64,000 bases of DNA from Epiperipatus broadwayi (lineage: Eukaryota > Animalia > Onychophora). The DNA is taken from contig JAQFVV010000006.1 of assembly GCA_028023455.1 (NCBI GenBank), positions 6,572,001 to 6,636,000 of the forward strand, read 5' to 3'. Below the pieces are notes generated by a model. It was given only the letters and a program-made list of their open reading frames with translations. It ran no database searches and was not told where the DNA came from. This document shows positions 25,601-39,720 of this stretch, piece after piece (the stretch's first letter is position 1; each line of letters begins with the position of its first letter). The position numbers and the translations under genes were made by a program.

Positions 25601-28035
25601 ATTGTAAAAATAACAATGCTTATTACTTCTGGAATATTTCCATAGTTGACCATTAATGACTGTTGTTGAAATTTTAAACGGGTGGCGCTAGTGTACTGTA
25701 TTTAAACTGCTTGTATCATGTTCTTTCCTTTAAAAAAATTATAATCTGGATTTCAACTCAGAAAATAGTAATAATGTGTGCATAATTAAATAGTCAGTTT
25801 TAGGTCAATGCACAATTACTATTACTTTTATGTAGTTCTTCCATTTTAAATGAAGTTTAATAAATTAATCATTTAGTTTAATAAATAATGAAGCAGAAGA
25901 AAAATAAATAAATTGGTATGTATTTTCTTTTTTAATTATTTTTCTGCTTCCCTTCGGCGTCTTATTTTACATCTATATATATATGTATACCTTATGCCAG
26001 TATCGATGCAAGACAATATTGTATTACCCAAAGCGCAGAAACGTAATTAAAACGCACATTTTATATGCACAATCGGCTGCAACCGTAAATGAAATTTGAT
26101 GACCTTCTAAGACCTCTACCCAATGACATCTAATGCCGGCGCAAATACAAAATCAATACTAATGTATTAACCAAAGCATATTCCATTAGCTATAAACGTG
26201 AATAGAAAAAAAAAAGTTTCCTTTAATACCATTATCCAAACATTATCTAAACTCATCGTTAACATAATATCATTACATTATCCAAAGCAACAGAGATGTA
26301 AGCAAAGATGTACACTATTAGATGTAACCATAAATGAAAGATAAATACCCTTTTAATACTTCATTTGGCAAGCGTTTTTACTCACAATGATTAAGACAAA
26401 CTTATCATCCAATCATATTTAGACTCTCCGAGCCTACTTTTAGTTTTCATAGCCAGTAGAAATTTATTATCTTACTTAGTTCATTAGTTAAGCCTCAGGT
26501 CCTATATTGTAACAATTAATATGAGTTCATGTACGGAATACACAAAATACTTGTATTATCCTTGTTATTGTTAGTGATAGCCTTTACATACTCATAAATT
26601 TATATTGCTTGCAATTTTGCTTCACTGTTTCAATCCAACTTGTAGTCATCTACAATTTTGCTTCATTGTTTGAATCCCATTTGGAGCTATCTACTGTGTG
26701 GCAATCTTTGAAGTTTTGATGATTTAATGCCGTAAATTTTTTTAACTCCAAATTAATCAGTTTCTTCTTTTACCTTTATCAATGAAGATTAGGTTTCAAG
26801 GTTAGAATCAATTCACATTTGTTCCTAGCAGACATTTTTGACTTCTTGACACAATTCAAGGTAGAAGCTTGAAATTTTAAAAGTCCTAAGTTTGAAAACA
26901 AAACGAACTCATTTGCATAGTTATACAGATCTGACATTAGGTCCAGTTTCTATATATTTTAGGTTTGAATTGCAGTCTTCACTGAAAAGACAAAAGGTGG
27001 AAACTGGTCTGAGATGGATATTTTGTAGGACTATACCACCTGGTATTCATTGATTACTGAAGCTTCTGCTCTCATGTAATGCTGTTAATGATATTAATTA
27101 ACTCCAAAGGCATTATTTTTTAATGTCTCATGCCTTCAATTGCATTCCAGGTAAAATTTCTATGCATGGATATAATGTTCTGTGTTTCCTATTTGGTTTT
27201 ATGATACTTATGGCTTTCATCTGCTAAGTTTATGATCTCAGTTGGAACTTGAAAACTTTTTCAACAGACTTAGATTTTCTTTTGACTAGCCATTTATAGA
27301 CAGTCCAAATAAACATCAAATAGTGGTCATATAATGGGTATCTATATTTGCTAAATAACAAATAAGGGATGAAAGTTAAGCTTTCATTGGTCAAACTGAT
27401 GAGAATTGCTTGTTTCTTTATTGCTTTTATATGAGAATTTAATGGAAAAGCCCTTCTCTTGCAGTGGACTATTTTTTATCTTCACCGTAGCTTAAAGTTA
27501 ATTGATACCACACAACATTTTAGAATATGATATTAAACTTATTCTGAAACAAATACCTTCATAATATTAAATCAAAAGTGCTTTATGATGATGTTGCTGC
27601 AGCATGTGTGTGATAAATGAAATTACCTCCAATTTCTTAATTTCTAATAGTTTTATATTTATGTGAATATATTCATGTAATTTTTTAAAATAGTTATATT
27701 TTAAATCACCAGTTGGAAACACTGTATTTTTTAAGGCTTCATTCCCATAGTAATTAAATGAAAGATGAGAAACACCAGAGTGAAAGCCATTACTGGATAT
27801 CGAGTTGAAATGTGTTTAATCTGTTTATTTTAAAATTATTACACATTCTAAATACAGAAATTTACAAATATATATTCTATTAAAATGACCTTCATGAAAT
27901 AAAAATAAATAAATAAATTACATAACAAAAGTTAATACTAAAAGAGAATATGTCTACTTTCTGGAAAAAGGGATTTTTAAAAAATATGTTCAATAAGTGT
28001 TTACTTGCAGCTATTAAAATAGGTAAAACTTTCCA

Positions 28036-28210
28036 TACAGTAGTACCACTCAGTGAAAGCCAGAGTAATCAATGAATTCCTGAAGGCTTGTGCATAAAAC
28101 CCCTATCTAGTGCTTACTCATCTAATATCCCCAGACTAGTTTCTGGCTTGTGGCTTTCATCAGTGAGAAACCTTGGATATGAGAGCACTGCACCTAGATC
28201 TTAGGATCTA
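28036..28210 (-). mobile_element. Family B copy with intact HHR
   Basis: 28129-28167 minus CUCA-CUGAUGA-A-AGC-CACAA-GCC-A-GAAAC-UA-GUC-UGGGG. Confidence 0.75.
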
Positions 28211-28619
28211 CTTACAGTTGTGACACTTGGACACTTAATGTAAAGATTAAAAAATAATATTTAAAAATGAGAATATGTAAATTAGAGTAATGAGATGAAA
28301 CTCAAACCAAAATACAAAAGGCAGACAAATAGATCATAAAACATCTCTGAATAAATTGAAGATATGAAATGAAGATGGACTGAGCATATCATTAAAAGAA
28401 ATGCCAAGTGATGGCAATGAAACCAAATCAGAGTCTCAAAGAATTGTAAAAGATTTAGAAGGTGAGATGAATAGAAGAAATAAGTTAAAAAAAAAAGTCT
28501 TTAATATGAATGGAATAATTTTTTTTTAATGATCCTGAGAAAAGAAGCTAAGGACTGGAGAAATTTGATTTAACTATATGGAGATAAAGACTCTTTGAAA
28601 GATATGATGATGGAAAAGT

Positions 28620-29120
28620 CGAATCTAGTATTGAATGTCTTTAAAAAATAACTTTATTTAAATATTCCAAATACATTCAACTGTTAGTAATAGCACATCA
28701 AACAGGTTAGTGTATGCACAATGTTTTGAGAGGGGAAATTCCCTTTTCTTCAGGTGTTGCTGGTCTTACCAGTGACAATACTGGCATGGGATTCATGGGT
28801 CAGTTGGTTAGAGTGTCACCTTAAAAATTCAATACTCAAAAATATAAGGATCCAGGTTCGAATCCCATGCTAGTATTGTCACTGGTCAGGCCAGCAACAC
28901 CTGAAGAAGAGGGAGAATAATACCTCTCAAAACATTGTGCATATACTAACCTGTTTGATGTGCTATTATTAACAAGTGAATGTTTTTGGAATATTTAAAT
29001 AAAGTTAAATTTTTCTAAAGACATGTAGTAAATTGAAAAATTTCACGAGCATTAATATATAGAAAGAAATTAATGGATGTAAAGTGAAATATTCATATTA
29101 GATGATGGAAATAGTCCAAT
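28620..29120. mobile_element. Family S SINE with inverted partial copy
   Basis: Plus copy with cagttggttagag, ggttcgaatccc, ctgaagaagagggagaataatacctctcaaaacattgtg; 28620-28790 is the reverse complement of its HHR and tail. Confidence 0.8.
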
Positions 29121-30991
29121 ATAAAAATACAATTTCTTATCTGATCTGTGGAATTCCATAGTTTAATAATAATGAGGGAAATATTTTTTAAAAGCCTTAT
29201 GGCACAATGATTAGCACATCTTCATACAATGCCCATGACACAGGTAAATCCTGAAATTTTTCAGAATTCAAAACAGGTTGATATAAGTTGGTCAAATGAG
29301 AGATGTTTTGATTGTGAAAAAACAAAATCACGGTATATTATAATACGGGCTTCACAAATGGTGTCTGCATAAGTCGTATTCCTATAATCATTGTGTACAT
29401 AATTAAAGAATATTTTAGATAATTTTAAACTTATGTAATATGTTGCTATCATGATGTTATATAATTGTCCTGTCATGTAAATAAATGTTCTTAAAATTCT
29501 TAAACTTAGTAGTATTTAATGTATTTATCTCCATCGTTTTTGACAGGTTTTAAACAATAAATAACCCACTTCAGGGCAAAAACTTTCCCAATACTCCCTC
29601 GTAGAAAAAGGCAATGGAAGAGGTAGTATTTATTAGGCCTGCTAATGGCCAGGTATTGGGGGTTTAAACACTTTCCCATTTTTGTTACACTTCTGGCTAA
29701 GAATAATTAGATATGCCTTTACCAACCATAGTTAGATGACTGGTTGACTTTTTTCTATGGGCCATCTATTTGAAAATTTCAAAGCTCCTTGAAATTTTTT
29801 TTATTCAGACCATATTGGAATCCAGGTCATATATATGGAAACAGATGCACTATATATATATATATGACGAGGCCCTGTTTAGATTACACACTTTGAATAA
29901 ATTTAATTTAATTAGTAGTTTGTGATATTAAGTTTTATGCGTATTTAAAGTATCCGACTTTTTCCGCGTTATATTTTTATGTGCATGCAAAATCATATGT
30001 GTGTGTGTTCTTGTGTGTATGTTATATTCTTCTTTTATTGCTAACAAACTTAATGAGTAAAATATTTTAGCTTGTTTTTTCACTTTTGACTAAAGCATTA
30101 AGAACTTGTAATTCTGTCGTAAATACCAGGTGTTAATTTGCATATCATTACTGTTAATATTACAACTTGATGTTTAATCATGTTGACATTCTGAATGAAT
30201 TATCTAATCCTAGTATCTATGGCATATAAATTGGAAAATGTTTTGATCAGTAATATATAATTTAGAGGTGTAACATATTTACTGTATGTGCATATATATA
30301 TACAGCAGTTTTCCTGTGCCCATCAACTAACTAACTATCTATGATTTTAGTAACGCACAGTATAAAAGTATCCTCTTACACATTCAATGTAATCAAATGC
30401 TCATTCAGTCATGTACATACTCTATCTTTTCAATTTATTACTGTACTGTGTTGTCCATGACTGTATAACTCTATCTTCTTCTTTTTTTTTTTTGGTGATT
30501 ATTTTTGTTCTTGCTTTGATATATACATTTAAACCATCAAATTGCACTTCGGGTGTTTGCACATATATGCTAACCATAAAACTATTCACAGGATAAACAA
30601 GTCCAAATACGTAATTCAAATAATTTACAGGCTAGATTTCTAAAGAATCATTTAAATTAACTTGTAAATAACACCCATCTTTTGTTATACCAATGCTAAT
30701 CCGTGTTATCAGATAAAAGATAAGTACTTTTATCCTGATCTTCTTTTTGTTATATAGTAATAAATCAAGCTTTGATACATAAGAAAGCTTAAACTTTTTA
30801 GTAGCGGTGACTTTTGTTTTTTATATTAATCGAGCCTGCTTAAAATTTCAAAAATTAATTTAGATGAAACTTTAATGATTTTAATGGGCAGGTAAATAGT
30901 TTTGTGGCTTATCAAATATGTAATGCTAAGCATATAACCTATTCAAGAAACAAACAAGTCCAAATACATTTCTAATATAGTTAGGTGGGAA

Positions 30992-31215
30992 ACTCTCTGT
31001 ACAGTAGTGCCACCTAGTGTGAACATAGTAATCAATGGATGCAAGAAAGTTTGTGCATAAAATTCCTACTAGATAAGGATTTTATGCATAAACCTTCTTG
31101 CTTCCATTGATTATTATGGATTACAATAGATGACACTACTGTATGGAGAGGTTGTCACTATTTTAGCAACTTGTGTAAGCATAGGAAATAGTGATCATGT
31201 GATATTTAGTAGTCA
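30992..31215. mobile_element. Family B 3' region foldback
   Basis: Inverted arms around cctactagataagg, then atagtgatcatgtgatatttagt (the B junction sequence). Confidence 0.6.
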
Positions 31216-32750
31216 AATGTAATTCGTGAGCTAGGATTTCTAAAGAATCATTTAAATAAACATACAAATAAGACCTAGACTTTTCAAGTATCAATGCAAC
31301 AAGTGAGGCAAATGTGATCACTTTTTATTTGATGAAAACCAATTAGCATTGGTGTAACAAAAGATGGACATTATTTACAAGTGTATTTAAACATTTCGTT
31401 AGGAATGGAGCTTATGAATTATCTCATTATTCAAAGTCTGTGCATAGATTTATATTCATAGCTTTATATATTTGATAAACCTTAAAGTTATTTACAAGCT
31501 TATTAAAATCATTAGAATACACTAAGATATATATTATACAGAGTTTGCTATTAACTCATGGTATAAACTGAATACAAAAGGTACAGAGGATGTCAGCATA
31601 TATGCAGATTTCTTTTAAAAATGGAGTTGTTGACTCTGAACGATAGGATGAATACGCAGTAAAAAATAGTTGATCAGATCCATAATAGTTTAATGTTACA
31701 ATTCAATAAATATAAAATAATCATATGATCAATTGCATAGGGTCATGCCACATTTAAACACCACAAGTTGCTGGTTAAGCTGTAATTCAGAAACCTTTAG
31801 TTTTCCAGAATATTTCTCTATTATTAAGCTAATCAATAGGATAGTCCAAAGTACCATAAGTTACAGAAATGCAGTTTATTTTAAATCTTGACACAATAAA
31901 ACAGTTTAATGAGTAGCTGATATTTATAACTACATAAAAGATTTTATTAATTTATAAATATCAATTGCTTACTCCCATATTTACATTAAAAAGACTTGTG
32001 AATATCACCATCTAACTTCTTAGAAAGGCTTTAGTTTTTTTTACATAACCTGCCTTTTTGATTAGAAAGAATACTAAAAACTTGGAAAATTGTATTCTGC
32101 TTGTAAACAAGCAATTCCTGGGGAACTCACTAATAATCATTAATATTTGTTTATTCACTCCCAATTTTGTACAATTTTTCTATTTTACAATCATACACCC
32201 CTTCCTAACCAAATTTACTGCTTTATATGTATGTTAACTACATATAAATTACACAGTAAAGTTATAATATGATAATTTGTACTCTCTTGAGCAGTTTTTT
32301 CACTCCAGAGCCCTCTAGAGGAAGATTGAGTAATCCATGAACACAAGATGATATTGCTCCACATTGCCAGAATGTTTTCTAGCTTATGGATTTTTTCATA
32401 ATTTTGGATGTGAAACTAAAATGCAACTAGTAACCACCTTTAATTTTTACATTCTCAAAATAATAGCCTGAAATTAAAAAAAAAACAATTCTAAGGTTTT
32501 GAACTCAAACTAGCCATTAACTATTATTCCAATTTTAAGACACTTCCATCCTTTGTCCAGAATGGTTAAAACCAACAAAACATCAAATGCTTAGCTTACT
32601 CTTAATGTATTCTTAAAATAAGTAGTTCTCTTAATTCCATTTCAAAGTAACCTACTGTAAGTTTAAGAAATTAATGAAAAGTAAATAGAAGTGTTATCCT
32701 AAGGATTTGTGATGGTGTTTTAGTTGTATTTATTGTTTGGACTATTGTTT

Positions 32751-33000
32751 GGCAGGATGGCTGTTAAATTAGAGCATTACCTTAAAATTTCAATATTCAA
32801 GAATCTAAGGGTCCAGGTTCGATTCCCATGCTGATATGGTCACTGGACAGGCCAGCAACACCTGAAGAAGAGGATAGAATAATACCTCTCAAAACATTGT
32901 GCATATACTAACCAGTTGAATGTATTTGGAATATTTAAATAAAGTTAAATTTTTTTAAAGACATTCAATACTCATATTAAATGATGGAAATAGTCCAAAG
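32751..33000 (+). mobile_element. Family S SINE, near full length
   Basis: ggcaggatggc head, ggttcgattccc B-box (about 32816), HHR 32857-32903, end motif atgatggaaatagtccaa. Confidence 0.8.
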
Positions 33001-33869
33001 AATAAATGTCATTAGATAAAGAGCTTTTATTGTATCTAAATTCCCAAACTGGTTTCTCATTAACTGTTTCAGTGGTGGACATGTATTAAGAGTATAAGCA
33101 AAAAGGGATCATATGATATTTTGGTATAAGCAAAAAAGAATTATTTGGTATTTGATAAATATTACCAGTAGTTACTGTTGTACTAAGATAACATTGTAAT
33201 TTCTAGAAATATAAAATTTCAAACACAACAAAAAAAAAATCGATAAACAATCAATAAAAAGAAAGATGGTCGTGCATATATCTGAAGAATTAAAGATTAA
33301 ACTTAAAAGTCTGTATCTAAGCTTCAGAAAATAATTTTTGGCCTAATAAAAATGATTAACAACTATTTATTAGTTGTAATAATTAAATTTGTAAACCGCA
33401 TACTCGTTATGTAAAGTAATATATATTAAGGCTATAACCTTAAGACTATTTAGATATATTCTTCACACATTCTTGAAGATGTAAATAAAATACAAAAAAG
33501 ATAAGTGACTTCCAATGATGCATTTCGGTCGGAAATACCCATTTGTCGGTTGGCTAAAAGGTAATTCACATTAAAAAAAGGATAGAATTGGATTAATGAT
33601 ATTATGTGCTTATATATAATATAAAATTGATATATTAATCTTTAACTGAGTTTAAAATTTATACACACACTAGAAATGTTAAGATAATGTGATGTGTTAG
33701 ACTATTTTCATGATCTATCATTAAATGTTGAATGCCTAAAAAAATATAAACTTTATTTAAACTTTTCAAATACAAACAACTTGTTAGTAATAACACACAA
33801 AGAGACAACATAGGTTAGTAAGGACACTTGAGAGATATCAAGTGCAGAAGCAAAAACCAAACATTTAAT

Positions 33870-35365
33870 GTGATGAGAGGAAAGCTACTAAATATCTCAA
33901 ACAGGATGCATCTATAATCATTCTTCCTGCTGGCAAAGGGAACATTACAGTTTTAATGGATAAAACTGATTATGATAACAAAATACAAGGACTTATAATA
34001 GCAAGTCAACACAAAAAAGTAGCAAAAAATCCAATTCCAAATACATATGCAAAATTACAAGCCCTACTCTGGAAGCATCACAGGTATTTTAGTGATTCAG
34101 TAAAAAGGAAACTAATTTTGTATTTCAGCAAAATTCCTTACCTATATGGATTAACTAAAATACATAAAGATAATGTTCCATTAAGGCCTATTGTTAGTTT
34201 GAAAAATTCACCATGTCAAAATTTGTCAAGATTTCTTATCAAAGTCCTTAGTCCATTGGCACACATGACTCTTTTGTCAAGAATTCTAAAACACTTTGTA
34301 GAATTAGTCAGGGACATGGAAGTCTATTTACAAATTTACCATGTGATGAGGCATTATCTATTGTAAGGAAAAGATTATTTGATGATAATAGTCTACAGAC
34401 TAGAATAACTATACCTATTGATGGTATAAAAAATTATTAATATTCTGTATAACAACAATTTACTTTCAGTATAACTCAGAATTCTTTCAACAAAATCAAG
34501 GGATGGCTATGGGCTCACCACTGTCACTTTGTTTACAACAATTACATGGAAGAACTTGAAACCACAGCTATAAATACTAATCCATGTCCACCTAAAGTGT
34601 GGCTTCATTATGTTGGTGATAAATTTGTAGTATGGTGGCATAGTGAAGTGCAATTATGCTCATTCTGGATGCATATTAACAATATATCTTCAATTAAATT
34701 CACAATAGAATTGGAACAAAAACAAATGTACTCTTAAATGTTCCTGTGACAAATTTTCTCAGGGCAAAGTAAAACAGCAGTGTATAGGAAACCAACACAC
34801 ACTGGTAAATACTTGGCATATGCATCCAATCATACCAAAAAGCACTAAACATGGAATTATATTATCACTATGGACCAGAGCAATGGAAGTTTGTTAGGAA
34901 ACCAGAGATTTGGAAAAAGAAAAGATTCACATAGAACAAATTCTCATAAAGAATGGTTATCCATGAGGGATCATCAAGAAAACCTTTAATAGATAACAAA
35001 AAGAGACACCAAAAGAAAAAAAACAATTATTGGTGTTGCAGTGTATCTATATATAGCAGAAACCACAGACAAATTAAAGAAACTCTGCAGTCAATATAAC
35101 ATTAGAACAGCTCATTTTAAGAAATTCTTACTTCTACCAAGCCTAAACTGGAAATGCTGAAGAACAAAAACTGCATCTACGAAATACCATGTGAATGTGG
35201 AAGGAAATTTATTGGTGAGACCTGTCACCCTGTCAAGCAGTGATTGAGAGAACACGAGTAATAGTTAAAAGAGAAGAAACAGATCTGTTTACAGTAACAG
35301 ATCATATATGTACTAATGACCATATGTTTAATTGGGAAAATACAAAAATGTTGGATGTAATTACT
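33870..35365 (+). mobile_element. Penelope-like element fragment (RT plus GIY-YIG endonuclease), decayed
   Basis: ERKATKYLKQDASIIILPAGKGNITVLMDKTDYDNK; IPYLYGLTKIHKDNVPLRPIVS; QGMAMGSPLS; WLHYVGDKFVVW (YVDD); IKFTIELE; VYRKPTHTGKYL; CIYEIPCECGRKFIGET; DHICTNDHMFNWEN. Confidence 0.9.
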
Positions 35366-36654
35366 AACCTATGCTATCTATTTGTATGTGTTATTATTAG
35401 TAAGATATTTGTATTTGAAAAGTTTAAATAAAGTTTAAAATTTTCTATACATTGAACATTTACTGATAGATGATGGAAATAGTCCAACATACGACCACAT
35501 CTAATATATCATCAGCAAAAACTTTAGGGCAAATGTTATGATAATCTCTAGTCTAATAAATGATTATTAATAATCATTAATATTTTTATCTAAAATGTAT
35601 GATAGCAAAGATATAAGTGTAGGGAATTTGGCACTTGTATATCAAATTGTAAAAATTATTATTAAAACCATAATTTGATTTAAAAAAAAGAGATTTTTGC
35701 AAATGTAATGTTTATAAAATAGGTTGTTCTGGCATACATATATGCATTGTTTTCAACATCAAATTCCAGGTCAGTGATAAAGGGAATGCCAGAAATCATT
35801 CAGAGAATGAGATGCCAAATAATATTATAGGGATTTAATAAGCATATGTTAGTCACTGATCTCTCTTTTCACTAGATGATAGAGAAGTAGAGAGCTGCTT
35901 TTGTTTCACATTGTTTAATACATAATGATTGCTAGTTAAATAACTATGAAGCAATGGTAAGTAACATTTAGAAAAGTATATGTGGTTTTATCTAACTAGA
36001 AATGCCTGGTTGAGTCAAAATGGAAATTTAGAGTCATGAGCATATATGTTCCAGTGTTCACAAACATATATTTAAATGTAAGAATCTTATTCCACTTCCA
36101 TTTTGGTCAATTGAGCCAAAGTAGGCCAACAATAAATAGAATGCTAATTCATTGAAGGGGCGAGGTCTCGGGCTACATATAGCACTGATGTAAATTTATT
36201 GCAGCCAATTTGCTTTAAATTGATTTTATGAGTAGGCATGATCTTTTATTTATTTGTTACAACTGAAAAACAATTAGCAGCTGTTAGTAAAGATAAAAAA
36301 AGCCCCAAAATTGTTTTTGACTTGTTCTGGGCACTAAAAAAAATTTCAAGATCTGCTCGGATATTATATGATCATCCAAGCAACAGAGCATTCTTCCAAC
36401 TTCACTAAACTCATTATTTACACATGAATTACTATAATTAATATTCATTCTAAAATATTAATATAATTTTAGGATAAAGGCATTAAAATTAACATCTTTT
36501 TTATTCATTTACATTAATCAGTTATCAGAAAATTATATATTGTTTTGATGTAAACAAAACATGCATTTTTATTGATAGCTAAAGTATCCATTCAGGGTAC
36601 ACAAAATTCTATCCATACTTCATTCCCACTCTCTTTATATATATATATGTATAC

Positions 36655-37490
36655 TAGAATGAAAACTTTTTCAGCAGTGCTGCAAGAAGTATTTTGTGGT
36701 TTAAAATGGGAATCTAAAGGAATGGAAGTAAATGGAGATTATTTAAGTCATTTAGATTTTGTAGATGATGTAGTTGTTTTTGCAAATAATGCTTTAGAGC
36801 TACAGAAAATGTTGCAGGAGTTATCAGATGACAGTAGGACTAAAGATAAATGTTAAAAAGTCTAAAATAATGTTCAATGGATTTTCTCAAAATATGAAAA
36901 TAAAGATTGATTATGATGAGTTACAAAAAGTTAACAACTACAAATATCTTGGTCAGATTATTAATACAGATGGAAACATAATGGATGAAATTAATCATAG
37001 AATTAAACTTGGTTGGAGTGCTTTTGGTAGAAATAACTTGATACTAAAAGGAAATATGCCTATACATTTGAAAAGAAAGGTTTTTAATAAATGTGTTTTA
37101 CCAGTTCTTACTTATGGATTGAGACTTGGACACTTAATAGAAGAGCAATACAGAGACTTTAGACCACTCAAAGAAGTATGGAGAGATGCATGTTAGGAGT
37201 AACAAAAAGAGATCATAAACACGATATATGGGTAAGAGAACAAACAGGTGTTGTTGACATCATTGAAAAAATTAAAAGACTGAAGTGGAGTTGGGCTGGA
37301 TATATTGCTAGAAGAGATGATAAGAGGTTGTAAAAGACCCAGAAAGAGACCACATGTGAGATGGATGGATGAAATAAGAAAGTGTGTAGGGGTGATGTGG
37401 AGAAGAGAAGCTAAAGATTGGAAAAGAGGGTTTGAACTTGGAGACACCTTCATCCTGCAGTGGATTGATAATGGTTGATGATGATGATTA
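36655..37490 (+). mobile_element. RTE (BovB-like) LINE 3' fragment
   Basis: LSHLDFVDDVVVF...LQKMLQEL...VGLKINVKKSKIM...YKYLGQ...EINHRIKLGWSAF...RKVFNKCVLPVLTYG...KWSWAGYIARR; tail ccttcatcctgcagtgga...(gat)n. Confidence 0.9.
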
Positions 37491-37759
37491 AAATGAAAAC
37501 TTCATGGGCTACAGATATAAATGAAATGTTATCTGGGTACATCTGAGTATAATTAATTGTAGCAAAATATATATATATACCAAAATTTTGGCCAAGTCAC
37601 ATTGGTATATATATATATATTTGTACTACAATTAATTATACATGGATGTACTTGAATAATATTTCATTTATATATTCATACTATGTATTTCTCTGAAGAT
37701 ATGTGATGATGTTATTTTAGTATTAATTATATGTTGGATTATTTCTTTCATCGTCTTTA

Positions 37760-37900
37760 GAAAAATTCAAACCTTCTTTTAAATTTTCAAATACATTGAA
37801 CTGTTAATGATAGCACATAGGTTGGTATATAACAATATTTCAAACGATATGGTCCTTTTCTCTTCTTATGGTGGTGTTAGCCTGTTCAGTAACATACAGG
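37760..37900 (-). mobile_element. Degenerate family S fragment
   Basis: Reverse complement of the HHR and tail (gaaatattgtt...actaacc/accaacctatgtgctat). Confidence 0.5.
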
Positions 37901-38189
37901 TAAAATGTATTAATAAATGAATAGCTCGAGACTAAAATAAATAAAAGAAAGATAAAATTAAATATATCCTTGCATTTAACATCACTGATTAATATTACAT
38001 ACAGCACTAGTGAGGAAGTTTTATTACCTAAATAGAATAAATTTATATTGATAAACTTTTTTCAGAGCTCCCCCCCTCCCCCACATAAAAGACAATAGCC
38101 ACTAAAATACAGACTCAAATTATTAGGAATGATGAAAAAATGCATATGTAGCAAAAATATTTCCTACAATAGTGCAACTTAATGAAAGC

Positions 38190-38420
38190 TCTAGTAATCA
38201 AAAATATGCCAGAAGGTTCTGTAACAAACTTCCTATCTAGTGCTTTTCCAACCAATATCCCAGACTGGCTTAAATTATTGAGTCTCCAAGATCCAATGTT
38301 CTTCATTGATGAAAGTCATAAGCTAAAAACTAACTGGGGATATTAAATGAGAAGACACTGGATAGGGAATATGATGTATATCTTTCTAATATCTATTGAT
38401 TACTAGAGCTTACTCTAGGT
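38190..38420. mobile_element. Degenerate family B foldback
   Basis: ttcattgatgaaagtcataagctaaaaactaactgggga plus an inverted B 3' segment. Confidence 0.5.
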
Positions 38421-38534
38421 AATATCTTTCTGGGGACTGTTTTAATAATTTATGTAAGCATAAAAAATGATCATAATGTTTTACTGATTTAAAAACTAAT
38501 ATGCTGTAAAAATTTGTATATAAAGGATCTAAAA

Positions 38535-38640
38535 TATCATAGCACCTCACTGAGAAAGCCAGTAGCAGAAACCAGTCTGGGATTGGGGATATTTTGCAAA
38601 GCTTGTTAAGAGCTTATTTGCGAGCTCTATATATAATAAA
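38535..38640 (+). mobile_element. Family C fragment with degenerate HHR
   Basis: agcacctcactgagaaagccagtagcagaaaccagtctggga matches 42725-42765. Confidence 0.6.
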
Positions 38641-39339
38641 GGATCTCATAGGATATAGTATATCCATTTGCCATATTTATGATGTGGATTTGATTCTGGA
38701 CTGAGTAAAATTTAGAAATGTTTTTTTAAGAGTCCAAGTAGACTTAGGATTTTTGTTTCATGTGATTCTTAGCCAACCAGGCAACCATCTAATTATTGGT
38801 CAACAATTAGGTATCTAAATGTTTGATCTAAAAAATAAAATACCAGAGCTCTTCTCTAGAACTGTTTTTTTTTTTTCAGAAAAAAATCTCGTCATGAAAT
38901 GGTTTATTTAAAGATAAATTTAATTTTATATGAATGGCTGTGTGTAAAATCTAAAATATTACTTTATGTATTATGACTACTTTAAAATCAAAAAAGGATA
39001 AATATAGCTACAACTAAATGTTGATAACAAACCTGTTTGCTATATCACTTCTGTTTTATTTCAATCGTGAAATAAATATTTAAATTTTCATCTTAGGAAA
39101 ATACCCGATGGTAATTATTTTTTTTGAACAGTCAGAACTATTAGTATTTAGATAACACTTTCATCTCTACTTAGATATCAAGCTAGCGTACGTCAAGGAT
39201 GCTAACATTTACTACCTAGAATAATTTAATAATTAACAAAAAACAAAAATAATGATATTTTTTAATTAACAAAAAAAAAATGAATCCTTGATAAGTGACT
39301 GGAATAAACTGTAATATTGCAAAAATTATTATTGATAAC

Positions 39340-39720
39340 GTTGGCACTAACGTGGGCTTTGAACGTTCCACCATCAGATTTTTAATGAAATGGATGGCTG
39401 AAGAGTTGTGGGTTGGAGTAGTTTGGAGCCTGTCCATTAAAGTATGAAGATTGGCTATCTTAATATAAAGCTGAGCACTGATTGTATATATATGGAGATA
39501 GTAATCTGGACCAACTGATGATTGCTGGTTTAGCATAAAATACGTATATTGGTGATTATTTATCTTTTCAACATGTGTATGATCAGGTGGGTCAGCAATA
39601 TGAGGTGGCAGAGGGAGTTGAGGGTCGTGTGAAAGTCTGAGTTCGAATCCTTTATATATTACATTATATATATATGCAGGTGTAGGTAAGCCTGAACAGT
39701 GTATTAATTTAAAAATTATT
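39340..39720 (+). mobile_element. Family X HHR element
   Basis: HHR 39510-39553 ACCAA-CUGAUGA-UUGC-UGGUUUA-GCAU-AAAA-UACGUA-UA-UUGGU; downstream gagttcgaatcc. Confidence 0.75.

Noticed and set aside
29205-29370. Open frame AHLHTMPMTQVNPEIFQNSK...ERCFDCEK
   Set aside because: No convincing splice-site pair or homology.
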